A DNA stretch of 56,647 nt, filler included, from Catajapyx aquilonaris (GCA_000934665.2; 2 parts of 2 records of this genome joined end to end with filler, not necessarily neighbours in it), one strand, 5' to 3'; shown: positions 36,926 to 50,820, numbered from the whole stretch's first letter. Notes: generated from the letters alone by a model not told the origin. Made by a program: numbers and translations.

Positions 36926-37895
36926 TTCTAGGGAAGGGTAACTGATTATTGGTCCCTGTAACTCCGGAAATATTTAATCTATTTTTTCCGCATATATACA
37001 TTTGCACTGTGATAATCGTAGGTAACTATTAACTGCGCAGATACATTTCAGCAAGTCACATGTGCAAATTGCGATGGCCGTTTCTTTGTGCTTCCTCAGT
37101 GAGCTTGTGCACCCATGCAAAATGAGTCACATATGTACGTTGTCTCCACACCTTCACACATGTACGAAACGAGAGTCTCTGTGTACTGCAATGAAATTTG
37201 GACTATGCCCTTTGAATGTGCAGAGAACATTTTCTCCTACGATGAAATTTTTTCCATGGCTGTCATGTTGACATTTTCGTGGAATTGCTCATATGCGTCA
37301 CAGGAAGTTGCAAACCGCAATGACTGCCTAACATGTTCCGTTTTGATTCAGGCTGGCTGCAAGCTGCATTGAGTAGACGTCAGGCTTGGCTTCCAAGATT
37401 CAGCAAGGATCCACAAGTATCCAACTACTGAGAGGTCACAGTCTATTGTGGCTACCAAATTGTGTGGGTAAGTTCATGCACTATCAGCACAATTGCAGGC
37501 ACACTCACATTTTTAATGCAAGTCTGACGTGAGTCATCAACATAGTTAACTTGACTCCAAATGTTCAGTCAACGTTATAGAGAACATTGAATGACTTAAG
37601 GATGAACACATGTTTCCCAATGAGTAATCAATAATATATAAGTTAATCAAATTACATAAGGTGACCACCCGTACATGCTCATAGTCAGCAATTTTGAAGG
37701 TTAGCAGCTGCGAAAGAGTGGCGGAACTTACACTTTGAAGGTTGACACGTGTAAAAACTTGCGCATGTGCAGTACTGTTTGTTTCAAGATTTTTATGCGT
37801 ATGGGACACTAGTATATTTTGATCCAAGGATTGAGCAGTTCCATTGGTAACAAGCTGACCCTTTTTATTCATCAGAAAGTCAAGGAGGCAATAAC

Positions 37896-39875
37896 ATGTA
37901 TGCGGGTGGCAACTCGTCCTCTGAGGAGGAGTATTATGAGTACGTACCACAAAATGGACAGTACGAATCAGATGAAGAACGCCCTGAAGTATGTTGCATG
38001 ATTGCAACAGTGTACGGAAGGTACCAGTCTGCAGGAGGCACGCCCCCGATAGCTGCGGCACCCAAGAAGGCTACTAAGGCACCCCCAGGTTAATATGTTA
38101 ATGCAACTTATATTCTGTCTTTCCTCTTCCTATGCCCACAAAATTTAAAATTTACACCAGCTAGCTGCATGGTTGTGATGGACCACTTGGGCGTACTGTA
38201 CAACCAATTTGTTGCGATCATCACATGCAGGTCTCATGGCAAGAAACTCAGAAATTTACTTGGGCATTGATAATATTTAATTACTCATTTGCAAAAAAAA
38301 AACCATGTCATAATCTAATCAATTTCATACCATCTTTTAGGAGAGATATTAACAGGCCTGCGAGTGAAGCTGGTGACTTGGGACAGCCCCCCAGTAAGTT
38401 TCTCTTTTCATCCATGTTCCCATTATTTGTACTGAATGTATCAAACCTAATCCATACCCTGCAGTAGCAAGGTGTAACATTTCTGATTTTACGTGCAGAT
38501 TGATATTAAATATGAAACTCTCAGGTGCCTCGTCGCCGACGCAACAAGAAAGATGTAGTGTTCAAGGGGATACTTGGCAAGGGTGCTGTTGGCCAGGTTT
38601 ATGAGGCAATGCATTGGAATAGACCTGTTGCCATAAAAGTGTTGCCTGATGAGGGTAAGTGTCAGTATGAGTTGCACCTCTTGATGGCATTGCGTCATTG
38701 TTCCACTTTTTATAGCCATAATGACCGAGGGGGAATTTTTGGAAGAGTCAAAAGTCTTGAGATCTCTGGACAACCCCAACATTGTCAAGTTTTTGGGTAT
38801 GGTCAGCATTCCACCACCGTACCGTGCCATCTCAGGCATCGTCATGGAACACATGCCGCGAGGAAATCTGCGCAAGTTCCTTCGTACAGGTAGACATAAC
38901 AAGATGCTTTTATATCTGTGCATGAGATGACACATTTTTTTTTTTTCCTGTAGCTGAAGGCCGCAATTTGCCTGAGGAGACCTTGCTTCTGATAGCTATG
39001 GACATTGCGTTTGGCATGGAATACCTCGAAGCCAGGAATGTGCTTCACCGGGACCTTGCGGCAAGAAACATTTTACTGGATGAAAATTTGGATGCCAAGA
39101 TCGGCGACTTTGGACTGTCTCGTGCTTTGCACGTGAGTCTTTGTGAAAATATTACAGATAGATTTCATATGCATCATTTTAGTTGAATTGAAAAGGGGAG
39201 GATCCGTACTTGCCAAGTCCAGTTGTTTAATATGGATATTTTTTAGAGGCAATTTTTTTATGTTTTAAAACTTCAATACCAAAAGCAGCTTCACGTTTAA
39301 TAATTTGAATACAGTATAAGATATTAATAACGACATAAAACTATTCCAAAAGTGGACGTCTTTTATTCGATTGAAATGATAGCACATTGGCATTTTTTGT
39401 TTATATGGAAGTAAAGGTCTTGCTTAGTCATTCTAATGATGAGATGATGTTTGCCTTTTTAGCCTGGGAGCATCTACCAGGCAAGCGTAGGTGGAAAGTT
39501 TTCACGGCTATGGACGGCTCCAGAAGGCATTGCTTCGGATACATTCTCCACGAAGTCAGATGTGTGGTCATTTGGTGTGGTTTTGTTTGAGATATTCAGC
39601 GATGGTGCTTATCCGCAACCTCAAGGTTAGTTCTAAACTGTGGAGGCCTTTTAACTTAGCATTAATTTTTGAAAATTGTCTATTCAGGAGTCAAGAGTCA
39701 GAGGCATGCGTTCCTGGACTGGTTGCTGACTGGGCATCGGCTGTACTGTCCCCGAAAGTGCCCTCCTGATGTCTACGGCATAATGCGCAAGTGCTGGAAC
39801 AAGTCTCCGAGATGGAGGCCACGGTTCCGATGGATTGTCAATGAACTGGGGTACATCCTTCAAAACACACATTGA
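37896..39875 (+). CDS. Tyrosine kinase with intact catalytic motifs and no SH2/SH3/TM seen; 7 predicted coding exons (start uncertain)
   Basis: In-phase GT-AG exons give [46 protein letters not shown]...P..RP.F; stop at 39875. Confidence 0.85.
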
Positions 39876-41013
39876 TGGGTGAAAAGGTTCCAAAATATTC
39901 AGAGGCAAAGCTGCATTGATACATATGGAACTTGGTAAAAGCTGCATTACTCTGGACTCGAAACTGTTATTTGGCTTATTCAGAATGGTTATTATAATCA
40001 TAATTATCTCAATGTTGTGGCATACAGGGTGGTTCACAATTAAAGCTGCTTACAGAAATCTTGATAGTTTTGCTGGATGCAAGGGGTGAAAAAACTACAA
40101 GAACTGATTTCAGCTGTCCTTATTTAGTTATTCAGAATAATTTATGTTCAACAGGAGTGAGCAGGTAGCTTCTTCGAACTAATACAAGTGTAGTAGCCGA
40201 TGATGTTCTGCTTGCTGTGTAAAATGTAAAGAAGCATGATGTCTGTGAGAAGCGTACTTGTTTGACCACAATGTATTATGTCAAAGATGTTACATTATGT
40301 TCTACATTACATGTTTTCATGTAAAGAACTTTGAGGAAACTTTATGTTGGCTTTATGTATGGTTTTTCAATAAACATTTAGCAGGAAAATTTTTATTGCG
40401 TCATTGTACTGAACAGTCACCTACAGTCTTGCAATTACCAGGTTTAAACTGTTACGTAAGTTCCTACTGGGTGATCCCTTCTGCAGTATTTTAGTTACGG
40501 GGTTTGAGCACTTTTGTACTTGATTGTATGTAATACGTCGTAGCTGTGACTTTCGATCGAATATGACACCGCAAGGATGTACAGGATGCTCCGCTTGAAT
40601 GTTTCAGATATTTTACGCTGCGAACCTACTTAATTTTAAACCAGTTTTAGTGGTTATCGAACATCATTTAGCGTTGACAAAATCTCGTTCAAACCTCGCG
40701 CGGAAATAGTGACGTCATTGTTATGTTGACCACCTTTTGGGACAGATGGCGCGCATATCACCCACTTTAATTTTTGTCCGTTTAATAAACAACGCGAATT
40801 ATTACTAAATTATTTTAATCCGTTAAAAATTCCGCGTTGTATGTTTGAAGTGAGCAGCCATTTTATGTATTTATGAGCTTCCTTTTTTTCCCCTGGTCTC
40901 AGCAACATCATTGGCTTGAGCGGTCTCGAATGTCGTTTGAAGGATAACCGGACCAGACGTTCCTCTTGTTGTACCTTCTGTTCGTCACATTCCTCGCCCT
41001 CCTCCGACCAGCC

Positions 41014-42748
41014 ATGGCCCTCAAGAAGCTGCCCATGGACAAGCTGGACCTGAAGGACAAGCGGGTCTTCATGCGGTAAGGTTACCACACCAACCAGAAG
41101 AACATAATTATTTTTGTGCCGTTTGTGTTCCTCTACATTCCATTCATTTCTTGCCAAAGGGTTGACTTCAACGTTCCTCTGAAGGATGGAAAGATCACCA
41201 ACAACCAGCGGATCGTGGCCGCCCTGGAGTCCGTCAAGTACGCCCTGGGCAAGGGGGTCAAGTCGGTCGTCCTGGCGTCGCATCTGGGGAGGCCAGACGG
41301 TACGCCCAACCCAAAGTTCTCTCTCAAGCCGGTGGCCGAGGAGCTCAAGAAGTTGCTTGGGAAGTACGTAACCATGTTCCATTGCCGGTTTCCATCGTAA
41401 TGTCGTGAACAATCAATCGTTCCCGTTGCCATGTGGTTGCCATGAAACCACGTCGCCATGGTAACCCCGTTGCCATGTGGTTGCCATGATAACCCCGTTG
41501 CCATGGACAAACCTTCTTACATCATGTAAGATGTTTCGCTGCTTGATTGTAATGGGCGTCGTGTGTGTTTGTTTGAAAGGGATGTGACGTTTCTGCCGGA
41601 TTGTACCGGCCCAGAGGTGGAGAAGGCGTGTGCGTCACCGGCGGCTGGATCGGTGATACTGCTGGAGAACCTGCGCTTCCATGTGGAGGAGGAAGGGAAA
41701 GGGGTGGATGCAAATGGGGGGAAGGTCAAGGCCGATCCGGAGAAGGTTAAGCAGTTCAGGGCGTCGCTGCGTAAACTGGGCGATGTGTACGTTAACGACG
41801 CTTTTGGAACCGCTCACAGGGCGCATGCCTCGATGCTTGGTAAGTGATGAAAATGTGGATACCAGATGATGCAATTACACAATAGCATTCCTTTTCTATC
41901 TTAGGTGAGGGGTATGACAAGCGTGCGTCTGGCTTCCTCCTGAAGAAGGAGCTGGAGTACTTTGCAAAGGCCCTGGACAACCCGCAGCGTCCATTCCTGG
42001 CCATTTTGGGAGGGGCCAAGGTCCAGGATAAGATCCAGCTGATTGAGAACCTTCTGGACAAGGTCAACGCGATGGTGATTGGCGGTGGGATGGCCTTCAC
42101 CTTCCTCAAGCAGCTCAACGGAATGAAGATTGGTTCCTCCCTCTTCGACCAGGAGGGGGCAGGCATCGTGGCTTCTCTCATGGAGAAGGTAACAACGCTG
42201 TATTTTGCTGTACAATTTATCGGACTTCATGGATATGTTTGTTTCAGGCCAAAGCAAAAGGGGTGACGATTCATCTCCCTAAGGACTTTGTGACTGGAGA
42301 TAAGTTTGCTGAAGGTGCAGCCGTGGGGAAGGCAACGGTGGCTGAGGGTATCCCGGACGGCTGGCTGGGGATGGACATTGGGCCGGAGTCTTCCAAGGAA
42401 TTTTGCGAAGCCGTCTCCAAGGCTAAAACTATTGTCTGGAATGGGTAAGTGATAGCCAATACTCATTTGATATGTCATTTATGGACTTTCTTTGTAATCC
42501 TCAGTCCCATGGGCGTCTTTGAGTGGGACAAGTTCGCTGGAGGCACCAAGGCAATGATGGATGCTGTGGTGAAGGTCACCGGAACTGGTGCTACGACCAT
42601 CATTGGAGGTGGGGACACGGCAACGTGCTGTGCCAAGTGGGGGACAGAGTCGAAGGTGAGCCATGTGTCCACCGGGGGTGGAGCTAGTCTGGAGCTCTTG
42701 GAGGGGAAGGTTCTGCCAGGAGTGGCCGCACTCTGCGACGACAAGTAA
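41014..42748 (+). CDS. Pgk: Phosphoglycerate kinase; exons 41014-41075, 41160-41363, 41580-41839, 41905-42188, 42248-42444, 42505-42748
   Basis: [81 protein letters not shown]; all splice phases consistent; AATAAA at 42781. Confidence 0.98.
41422..41512. promoter_or_regulatory. Tandem GTTGCCATG repeats containing RFX X-box-like sites (Pgk intron 2)
   Basis: GTCGCCATGGTAAC 41452-41465 fits the X-box consensus; near-matches at 41436 and 41480. Confidence 0.4.
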
Positions 42749-43303
42749 AAACAAGATTGTGTTACCTGGTACTAGTCGACAATAAAAAGGTGTATAGTAT
42801 CTTTCAACAGTTGGATGGTTTCATTGCGTGATTGTTGGTGTATTTAGATGGCGCCTGTATGCAGAATATCAGTACGTGGGACTTATGTATGACTTATTGT
42901 ACATGGGACTTCTGATAAAATATTTAAATAAATGTCATTGTTTAGGAATGTATTTTATACGAGAATATTTTTTTTTTGGTTAGACCTTCCTCATGCTGAA
43001 GAATAAAGCTTCGTGAATTATGATAGTTTGATATCAATTCTCATTTGCTGTGAAGGAATATCATGATTTTCTGTTAATGTGGTGCGTAATGTTAACATTT
43101 CATTAAACAGTGTCTTTAATTTTAATCCAGCAGCGTACACTAGGTACACTAGGTATACCACCTGAATATAATAGTTTCAATTTAGTCCTGTGTTTGACTT
43201 GAAATTACTCCTAGGCCAGGGCTATTCAATTGGCAGACTGCCGTCCAGATCCGGACCGTGACACTTACAGTTTTTCTAGTGAAACCTCTGAATTAAAAAA
43301 GTT

Positions 43304-43613
43304 ACCGAAGCAGTAGTGGTGTAGTGGTATGGTGTCCGACTGCTAATCGGGAGGTCCTGGGTTCGAATCCCGGAGGCCGGCGACCCTGACCATGGTTTTC
43401 TGTGGTTTCCCATGGTCCTTGCAGGATAATTTCGGGGTCGTTACCGTAATATAGGCCACAGCCGCCTCCTTCCTACCCTTTCCCTGCTTCATTCCGGTGA
43501 TGAGAAAAATAGTAAAAAATGGAAGAGTTCCAGACAAAAAATTGGGAGAAATCCCCCCCTAGGAAAGCCCGTAGGCTGATAATGGGGTATCAAATTATTA
43601 TCAAATTATTATT
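43304..43613 (+). mobile_element. tRNA-derived SINE
   Basis: A-box TGGTGTAGTGG, B-box GGTTCGAATCC, conserved SINE core GGTTTTCTGTGGTTTCCC...GGCCACAGCCGC, (ATT)n tail; 13-bp TSD AATTAAAAAAGTT at 43291-43303 and 43614-43626. Confidence 0.9.
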
Positions 43614-43634
43614 AATTAAAAAAGTTCTCAATTA

Positions 43635-44240
43635 CTTTCTGATTCGCCCTCGTAAAAGATAAAATAGAGCACTCAGGCCATACAATGAGTACAGAGAAAC
43701 TAACTTGTTGCCTTCTGCCATTTCTTGCTTGGTGCTTTCCATGTCAGATCGGAGGTGACACAGAAAATTAAATTCCAAAATCCATTTTCTGGCCAGGTCC
43801 GCCTGATACAAATTATATGAAAATTTAAATGCTGCTGGAGCAAACACTTCCCCTCTACCGCATCCTCCACCTATGAACGTGTTCATGTGGTCCATTGATG
43901 GTGGGAAATGAAGCAGGTTTTCTCCTCTCACTATTCACAAATGCACCTCTCTTGTTCGGCAAGCATGTTACTAATTATGCAGGTGCCATTGCTTTTAAGA
44001 TCTTCCTCGACTTTGGATCGACAAGTAACAATGTTTTTCTCATTATCTCTTGGTACAGTGGAATACACTCTCCTAACGCATACTCACTGTTCAGCATACT
44101 GACGCAACAAAATTGGTGATTACTCGTACGATGTTGCCCACACTTCCTGTCCATGAATGGTTGGGTAATCTACTGTGGAAGTCACCTCTCTGTCCTTGGC
44201 CTTTTCCAAATTCAATGAAAAATAACTCCCCATTACCACA
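43635..44240 (-). pseudogene. IR pseudogene with multiple internal deletions
   Basis: VVMGSYFSLNLEKAKDR; CIISNMLAEQER; KWILEFNFLCHLRSDME...SLYSLY...FYLL are paralogous to 28241-29695. Confidence 0.85.
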
Positions 44241-46623
44241 TCCTTTCTTCCATAATATTCACTCAGGCTTTTATACGCACTGTTCGCACATGAGTCTCTG
44301 ATAATAACAGGCTCTCGACTTAGAATTGCAATTTTTTTTAATTTTTGTTTTAAATTGTTAAGATATCTAGTTTTGAGGGTAAGACTGTTGGCGTCCTCAG
44401 CATAATTGTTCCTGACACTCATTACCCGTTTCACCTCAACCTCGACGTTATTTGTTGGCCATTTATTTCACAAAGTTAATCACAGGTTGGATTTATTAAA
44501 CCTGGCTGGTTGATTATGTTTAACCACGCTTCCGGTAGATGGTAGGATGAGCACCAATCTCGCTTCCGTGCTGCCAGTGAGAGGCATGGAACTACCCAAA
44601 AGCTGCATTGGACCACATGCTTTTCTTCATGTGATTGGTTTGCATTTTAATTTGATTTATTTAGTATATTTGATCGCAAATAGTTTTATCTTCAGGCCTG
44701 CAAAGCTTCCAGCAGTGTATGGAGCAATTCAGCATGACAGTACTTGAAGGGTTCAAGGATTGGAACGGAACACTGCTGAGCTGAATTCTGCAACACACGG
44801 TATCGAATACATGTTTTATGTGTACTCGTCGCAATTTAGTAATTGTAGAATGTGATGCCTATGGCACAATGTTATGTTACAGAGAAAATGCATATCTCGA
44901 TGGTGACATGGGCAGTCTGCCTCGTATGTGGGACCTCCATGTCGTACCTTGGAGTTGGTGTCGTAGCCTGTGTGTGCGTTACTGGTATGTTACGAGGGGG
45001 ACAATAAATGGTTATCAAACACTGTTAACATGTAAGGCAATCAGACCATTACAATTTTCACCATGTTAATAAATTTAATTCATTAATCAGTTGTTAATTA
45101 ATTGTCAATAAAAAAAATAATAAAAAACAGTGGTAGGGCCCGAGACCCTCATAGGGGGGAAGGGGAGGTCCCCAAGGGAGGGCGCCGTGCAGTAGTCATT
45201 TCTGACATTCTTTAAACACCAGGCCTTTTTCTCCTGGCCATGGGCAGAGTAGGGAGTGCAATTCTGCCCCGGGTCTGCCTCGGGTGGAAATTTCCGCTAG
45301 ACTAATCCACCCGGGGGAGTTCACAAAATGACCAAGCAACGAGATTGCACTTGCACTTTGCACATCCCCTCCTACTTACCCCAATAATTGTGGACCAACT
45401 AAATAATTACAAAATTATACACATGGTTCCAAATATGGTGGTATCCCCCCCCCCCCCCAAGAGNAAGAGGGCCATACGGCCCTAGCACAGGGTGCTTTTA
45501 AAAAAAACCTTGCAAAAGTTATATGATGTTAAGTGCCAAAAATAGTCAATTTCCGTGCACAATGGGATTACGTTAGCTACCTCATATATAATGACATTTA
45601 TATAAGTGTGTCATCAGTTTTATTGTACCAAATATGCATTATTTGACTACCATACAATTTATTTACACATAATTATGCAGTTTACTTTTTAATGAATCGT
45701 TTGTACAGAAACAAAATTAATATTGAAATGTGCACAACAAAATAAGAAGCGCTGATCTCATAGCATGTCATTATTGTGTCACCATCAATCATCGATTAGG
45801 CCTACTTCTTTACTTTGAAAACTACCTGTTTATTAACCAGCATAGTGTAAGTATCTCGTCACATTAAGAACTGTTGGGACCACTTCTCTTTGTGCTGCTA
45901 ACAGGTAAAAAGTCTTCATTTGCTCACACTTACTTTTCAATTGACCTGCAATTGACACTCACGATATGTCAGGAGATGAGCTTTTTTTGTTATTTACATT
46001 TCAATATTATGTTTCTGTATAAAACCATTCATTTAAAAAGTGAACTGTACAGGGTTCGGAAATTTATTGTACCTTTGCTTTGGGATATGGTGTCGAGGGG
46101 CTCTAGGAGACAATTTTAAATAGAGGCAATCATGGGTCTCCGCCGCATAGTTACCAAGATAATGTGCTTCAAACACATAGTATAAAATATCCTGGCAGGT
46201 ATGCGTCCCTCCATGCAACCGTGCCTTTTTTTCAACGTGTTACCGTGTAATTTCATTTTAATTTACGAACCTGTTAGGTATAGCAGGGAATTAGCAATGA
46301 AATTAAATAACTTAATTAAATTGCTAATTAATTAAATTAGGTTTAATGACTATTTTAATGAAAATGTGTTCAAAGTTGTTAAAGGCTTGAATTTTCCTGG
46401 CTGTAATGTTGTTTTTAATTTTTAGTGGGAGTACTGATCATGATGTTTCTAAATATTCAATCACTTGGATGCATACATGTGCAGCAGCTCTACCATCAGA
46501 AGGGAATCCACTCTCGGTATTACATGTGTCACGTAATTACAATACAGTTCGCATAAATAAATTTAAAAAAGTTTGACTGATTCGGATACATAGAGTGTTT
46601 CATAAAGTTAAGTTTATTTCTAG

Positions 46624-47829
46624 ATAAGTGACTTTTCATCTTCACTTGAACTTACAAGTGTTCTCAGCTTTGGAAGTTTTGGCAGCATTTACGGAGGAAC
46701 ATAATGGAAATGTACAAGTAGCTGTCAGGATGTTACTTCCTGGTGCTGGTGAGTGTTAAACGGTGTAATTGACTAATGTTCATGTTCATCACAATGTATC
46801 ATACTAATATTGCATTACGACCGTTCATTCCAGTGAAAATTCCTCTTGTTAAATTTTTGGAAGAGGCGGATGTGATGAAAAATCTGGCCCACAAAAATGT
46901 CGTGCGGTATTTTGGAGCAATACATGAACACGGCAGCATCACATGCATTGTTATGGAAAACATGCCATGCGGAAGTCTCCAGATGTTTCTTCAAATAAGT
47001 GCCAGTACATTAGGAATTGGACAGTTGGCAGTGATGCATTTTCATGCCACTGAAATTGATACCAACGACTTCTGCAGGTTATGAAGGCCACATCCCAGAG
47101 ACAAGAAGCTTGTTAAGAATTGCTGGGGATGCTGCTCATGGAATGGAATACCTGCAGGATCATAAAGTAGTACATGGAAACTTGGCTGCAAGGAATGTTA
47201 TGATGACAGAAAATTGGGATGTGAAGATCAGTGATTTTGGATTACGTTGGACTTTACATGTAAGTTTTGCTATCAATTATACCAGCCGCATTGAAATTAG
47301 GATCGATTCTCTTGATTACCAGTATGGTTAGTTTATCAATGTGTAATATTTGCACAGAAAGCAAAGGTGTTGTGAAGACTTCTCGTGTCGTTTCCAGATG
47401 CAGAGTGTTTACTGGTCGATGCGTGACACTTTATTCCCAGTTCTCTGGTCAGCTCCGGAAGCAATTACATCCGACATGTTCTCCACCATGTCAGACGTGT
47501 GGTCTTTTGGAGTCCTGTTGTTTGAAATATTTGGTAATGCCAATACACCAATTCCGCAAGGTGAGATCGAGAGTGACTCGAGCCCAAGTGTTCAAGGTGG
47601 TCGAAATGCTAACATTTTGAAAACCATGTGATATCTAGGAATGGAAGTACAGACGAGTGTAAACTCCTACCTTAACTGGTTGAATGAGGGATCCCGCTTG
47701 CATCGTCCTAAATACTGTCCACAAGAAGTTTACGACATCATGCTTAAGTGCTGGATGGCTAAGTGGGAGCAGAGACCATCATCTTGCCGAAGATTTGGAA
47801 CTCATTGGAAAAAATCTTGTCTTCACTAA
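46624..47829 (+). pseudogene. Tyrosine pseudokinase pseudogene (HGN type)
   Basis: [32 protein letters not shown]; frameshift/stop near 46701, donor apparently mutated (ATAAGT near 46995), probable 3' frameshift. Confidence 0.7.
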
Positions 47830-48628
47830 TCAATTAACTCTCAATAATTTAGTTTTAAGTGATAATGTATGATACAACCTAATCACTGCTCTTATTGCTA
47901 GTTCATATTTCTCGATATTGGCTGTTTGCCTGCCAGGTAATTATGAATTGCCGAAATTCATGTATAGCGACAAATTGTGGAGTAAAACATCCCATTGAAT
48001 TGGTATAATTATCTTCTTACAGGCTGTCTGGTACACCATATACCGCTGTATACGGACTGAGTGATTCTTGGCTTTTTTATTCGCGATCTCAATTTTTCTT
48101 TGTACTGTTAGAGAGTAATAGTTCAATAGTTATAACATTGTTATTAATAACATTGTCGCATTTATAATAAGTAACCCACTGGCAATGGCCGAGAACCACT
48201 GAGATCTGTGGACAGACAAAAATAAGAATTCAGCGATTCACATTTGAAAAGTTGGCGCCCGAATCAGATTAGTCACATTCGCCACCAGATGTCAGTAGGT
48301 GAAAATCAACATTAAATTTTGGCATAATTTGGCAACGGCGCGGTGCAGTGGTACCAACTGCACGATTAATTGTTGGCCATGAGCTGTCAATGCCAGGTAA
48401 CAATAATAATAATTGTTGTTGATTATTTTCAGTGGGCCTTGCAATTAATAAAAGTGCTAATAATTATTCTAGCTGAAGCTGCACTACTATTAGTCATGTA
48501 ATAATTACAAGTGCCTGAAGTACCTCTGCACAATACCTGGGAAATTGCTGATTTATTTGAAGGTAATGAGATGCGCATTATTGTGTGCCGAGTTTTTGAC
48601 TAATTTATTATGTACTGTTGCAGAAAAA

Positions 48629-50640
48629 ATGGGCAGAAAAATGATTAGAAGATTTTGTGTCTCGTTTTGTCAACTGGTCCTGGTCGCACTGGGATGGGGC
48701 GGTGCTACGTACGTCGCAGGTACCTCGATTGGTGCATGCGTCGGTATGTCATTATACAATTACATTGTTTCACATGAAGGTTATAATTATGTCGTTAGGT
48801 CATACCAAAATAATTAACAGAACATGAGTGTTATTATTAGTGCACAACGCACATTTTAACTTGATGTTGTTACAGACTCTCTGTGTATGTCAGTATGACT
48901 TTTATATTATTGTCTTATTATAATTTTGTAATATTTTCCTGTATTATTTTCTGCCAATAATTAACAGAACATGGTATGTTCCTATTAATTAACATTTTTA
49001 ACATAAAGTATGGTTACAGGCCCTCCATGCCTTACAGTATTATTTTGATGTTATAATATTATTTTTCATTGTAATTTTTTTATTTTGTTATAATTATGGT
49101 ATTATTTTATACCAAATATGCGTCCATTGTTTTCTTTGCATTATGACATAATGCAAAGAAAACAATGGACGCATATATCACCAATACCTCAAACTGACAT
49201 ACATGTCGAAACTGTAACAAGTTTGTTAAAATGTTCTTTAATAATAATACTGATGTACACATTGTGTACATGTTCATAGAATAATGTGTTGATTTATTTT
49301 TAAATAATTTAAGGAGGAGCACTGCTAGGCCTGTGGCTAATAGGATGGGGTGGCGACAGAAAGTCCGCACCTTATGCTCCAGAGTTGAACGAGAGTCAAG
49401 ACGAACTGGTTAGTATCATGTTTTCATGTGTTACGTGAGGTCGATGTGTGCAGGGTGATGTAAAGTATGTTTCATTTCCAGGCAAGCGACACTTCAACAT
49501 CATTCACTGTTGGAAAAAGTGTTCTTCATTTGAACGAGGGAACTTTTGGATATGTACGCGAAGGAAAGTATTTTGGAGACCAAGCTGCTCTCAAGGTTCT
49601 GTATCCGGCTATTTTGCGTAAGTGTCACGCAGAAGGTTTTGTCGAAACTGGTCGCTGTCAGTCCGCATCTATCTATTTCAGGGGGAACGACTCTGGGACA
49701 GTTGTTCCAGGAGATGAAGGCTGTGAAAAATCTCGAGCACAAAAATGTTGTGAAGTACTTTGGAGTAACATACAATGGGAAAGGTGTAACTAACCTGGTC
49801 ATGGAGTATTTGCCCCAAGGAAGTCTTCATGAGTACCTTCAATGTATGATTTTTTTTCAAGTGTAGCAACATGTTTTCAAGTGCTCTGAAATCTTCACAC
49901 TTTGTTATGATTCCATTTCAATAAGATGTGGGCTACAACTCTACTACGGAAGAACTGATGAAAATTGCACTGGACGCCTGCTGCGGAATGGAATTTTTGG
50001 AGACTCACAGGGTCATTCACGGGAATTTGGCTGCACGGAACGTCATGATGGGAGAGGACATGACTCCAAAGATTAGCGATTATGGGTTTACTGTGGCGCT
50101 AGATGTGAGTGTTGCTGTGAAACATAATGATATTTCGCAGCACGTCATGATCAGATTTTGAGCACTAGATAACTTGATATTTTTTGACTCATTTTCAGCC
50201 ACTTAGCAGCCACAGGTCAGATCCGAATGGTGTACTTCCAGTGCTTTGGATGGCTCCCGAGGTTATCGAATTCAAGATATTCTCAATCAAGTGCGACGTG
50301 TGGTCTTTCGGAGTGCTCTTGTTCGAGATTTTCAGCAACGCTGCCAGACCAATTCCAGCAGGTTGGTTTTTTCCCCTCTCTTTGCCTGCATGTGTGTGCT
50401 AAGTGATATCTATGCTAGATGATTATATGTTTTGAAACTGGGGCAGCATTGGAAGGGACGCCCACTTGGAGCTCGCTTTTTAACTGGCTGAAGGCGGGAT
50501 GGCGCTTGGATCGTCCCCCAAGCTGCCCTCTGGACGTGTACGACATTATGATGATGTGCTGGAGTCCTGAGCCGCACCAGAGACCAGCATTTTGCCAGAT
50601 TGTTGAGGCAGTGAAACGTGTTGGATTCAAGTCGAAGTAG
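48629..50640 (+). CDS. Tyrosine pseudokinase with N-terminal hydrophobic anchor; 7 in-phase coding exons
   Basis: [44 protein letters not shown]...[38 protein letters not shown]; no stops in the spliced model. Confidence 0.8.
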
Positions 50641-50706
50641 TGTGATACATACACTACATGATTTTAAGTAAAACAGTTCAAAATCGAATCATGACATTTT
50701 AAATAT

Positions 50707-50820
50707 TGCGTCGAATTTTCGGCCCACTGCTAGTTACTGCTAACTTAGTAGTACCAGTGTTGGCAATAGTACTTCTAAGTTAGCCGTAACTATATAGCAG
50801 TGGGACGAAAATTCCACCCA
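50707..50820. repeat. ~110-bp imperfect palindrome (mini-MITE/hairpin)
   Basis: GAATTTTCGGCCCACTGCTA.GTTACTGCTAACTTAGTAGTAC ... GTACTTCTAAGTTAGCCGTAAC...TAGCAGTGGGACGAAAATTC. Confidence 0.75.

Noticed and set aside
40810..41412. 200-aa minus-strand ORF (and other antisense ORFs over 41100-42750)
   Set aside because: Antisense shadows of GC3-rich Pgk exons
43304..43380. tRNA gene
   Set aside because: Has A and B boxes but no proper acceptor stem, and is followed by a SINE core, tail and 13-bp TSD: it is a SINE head
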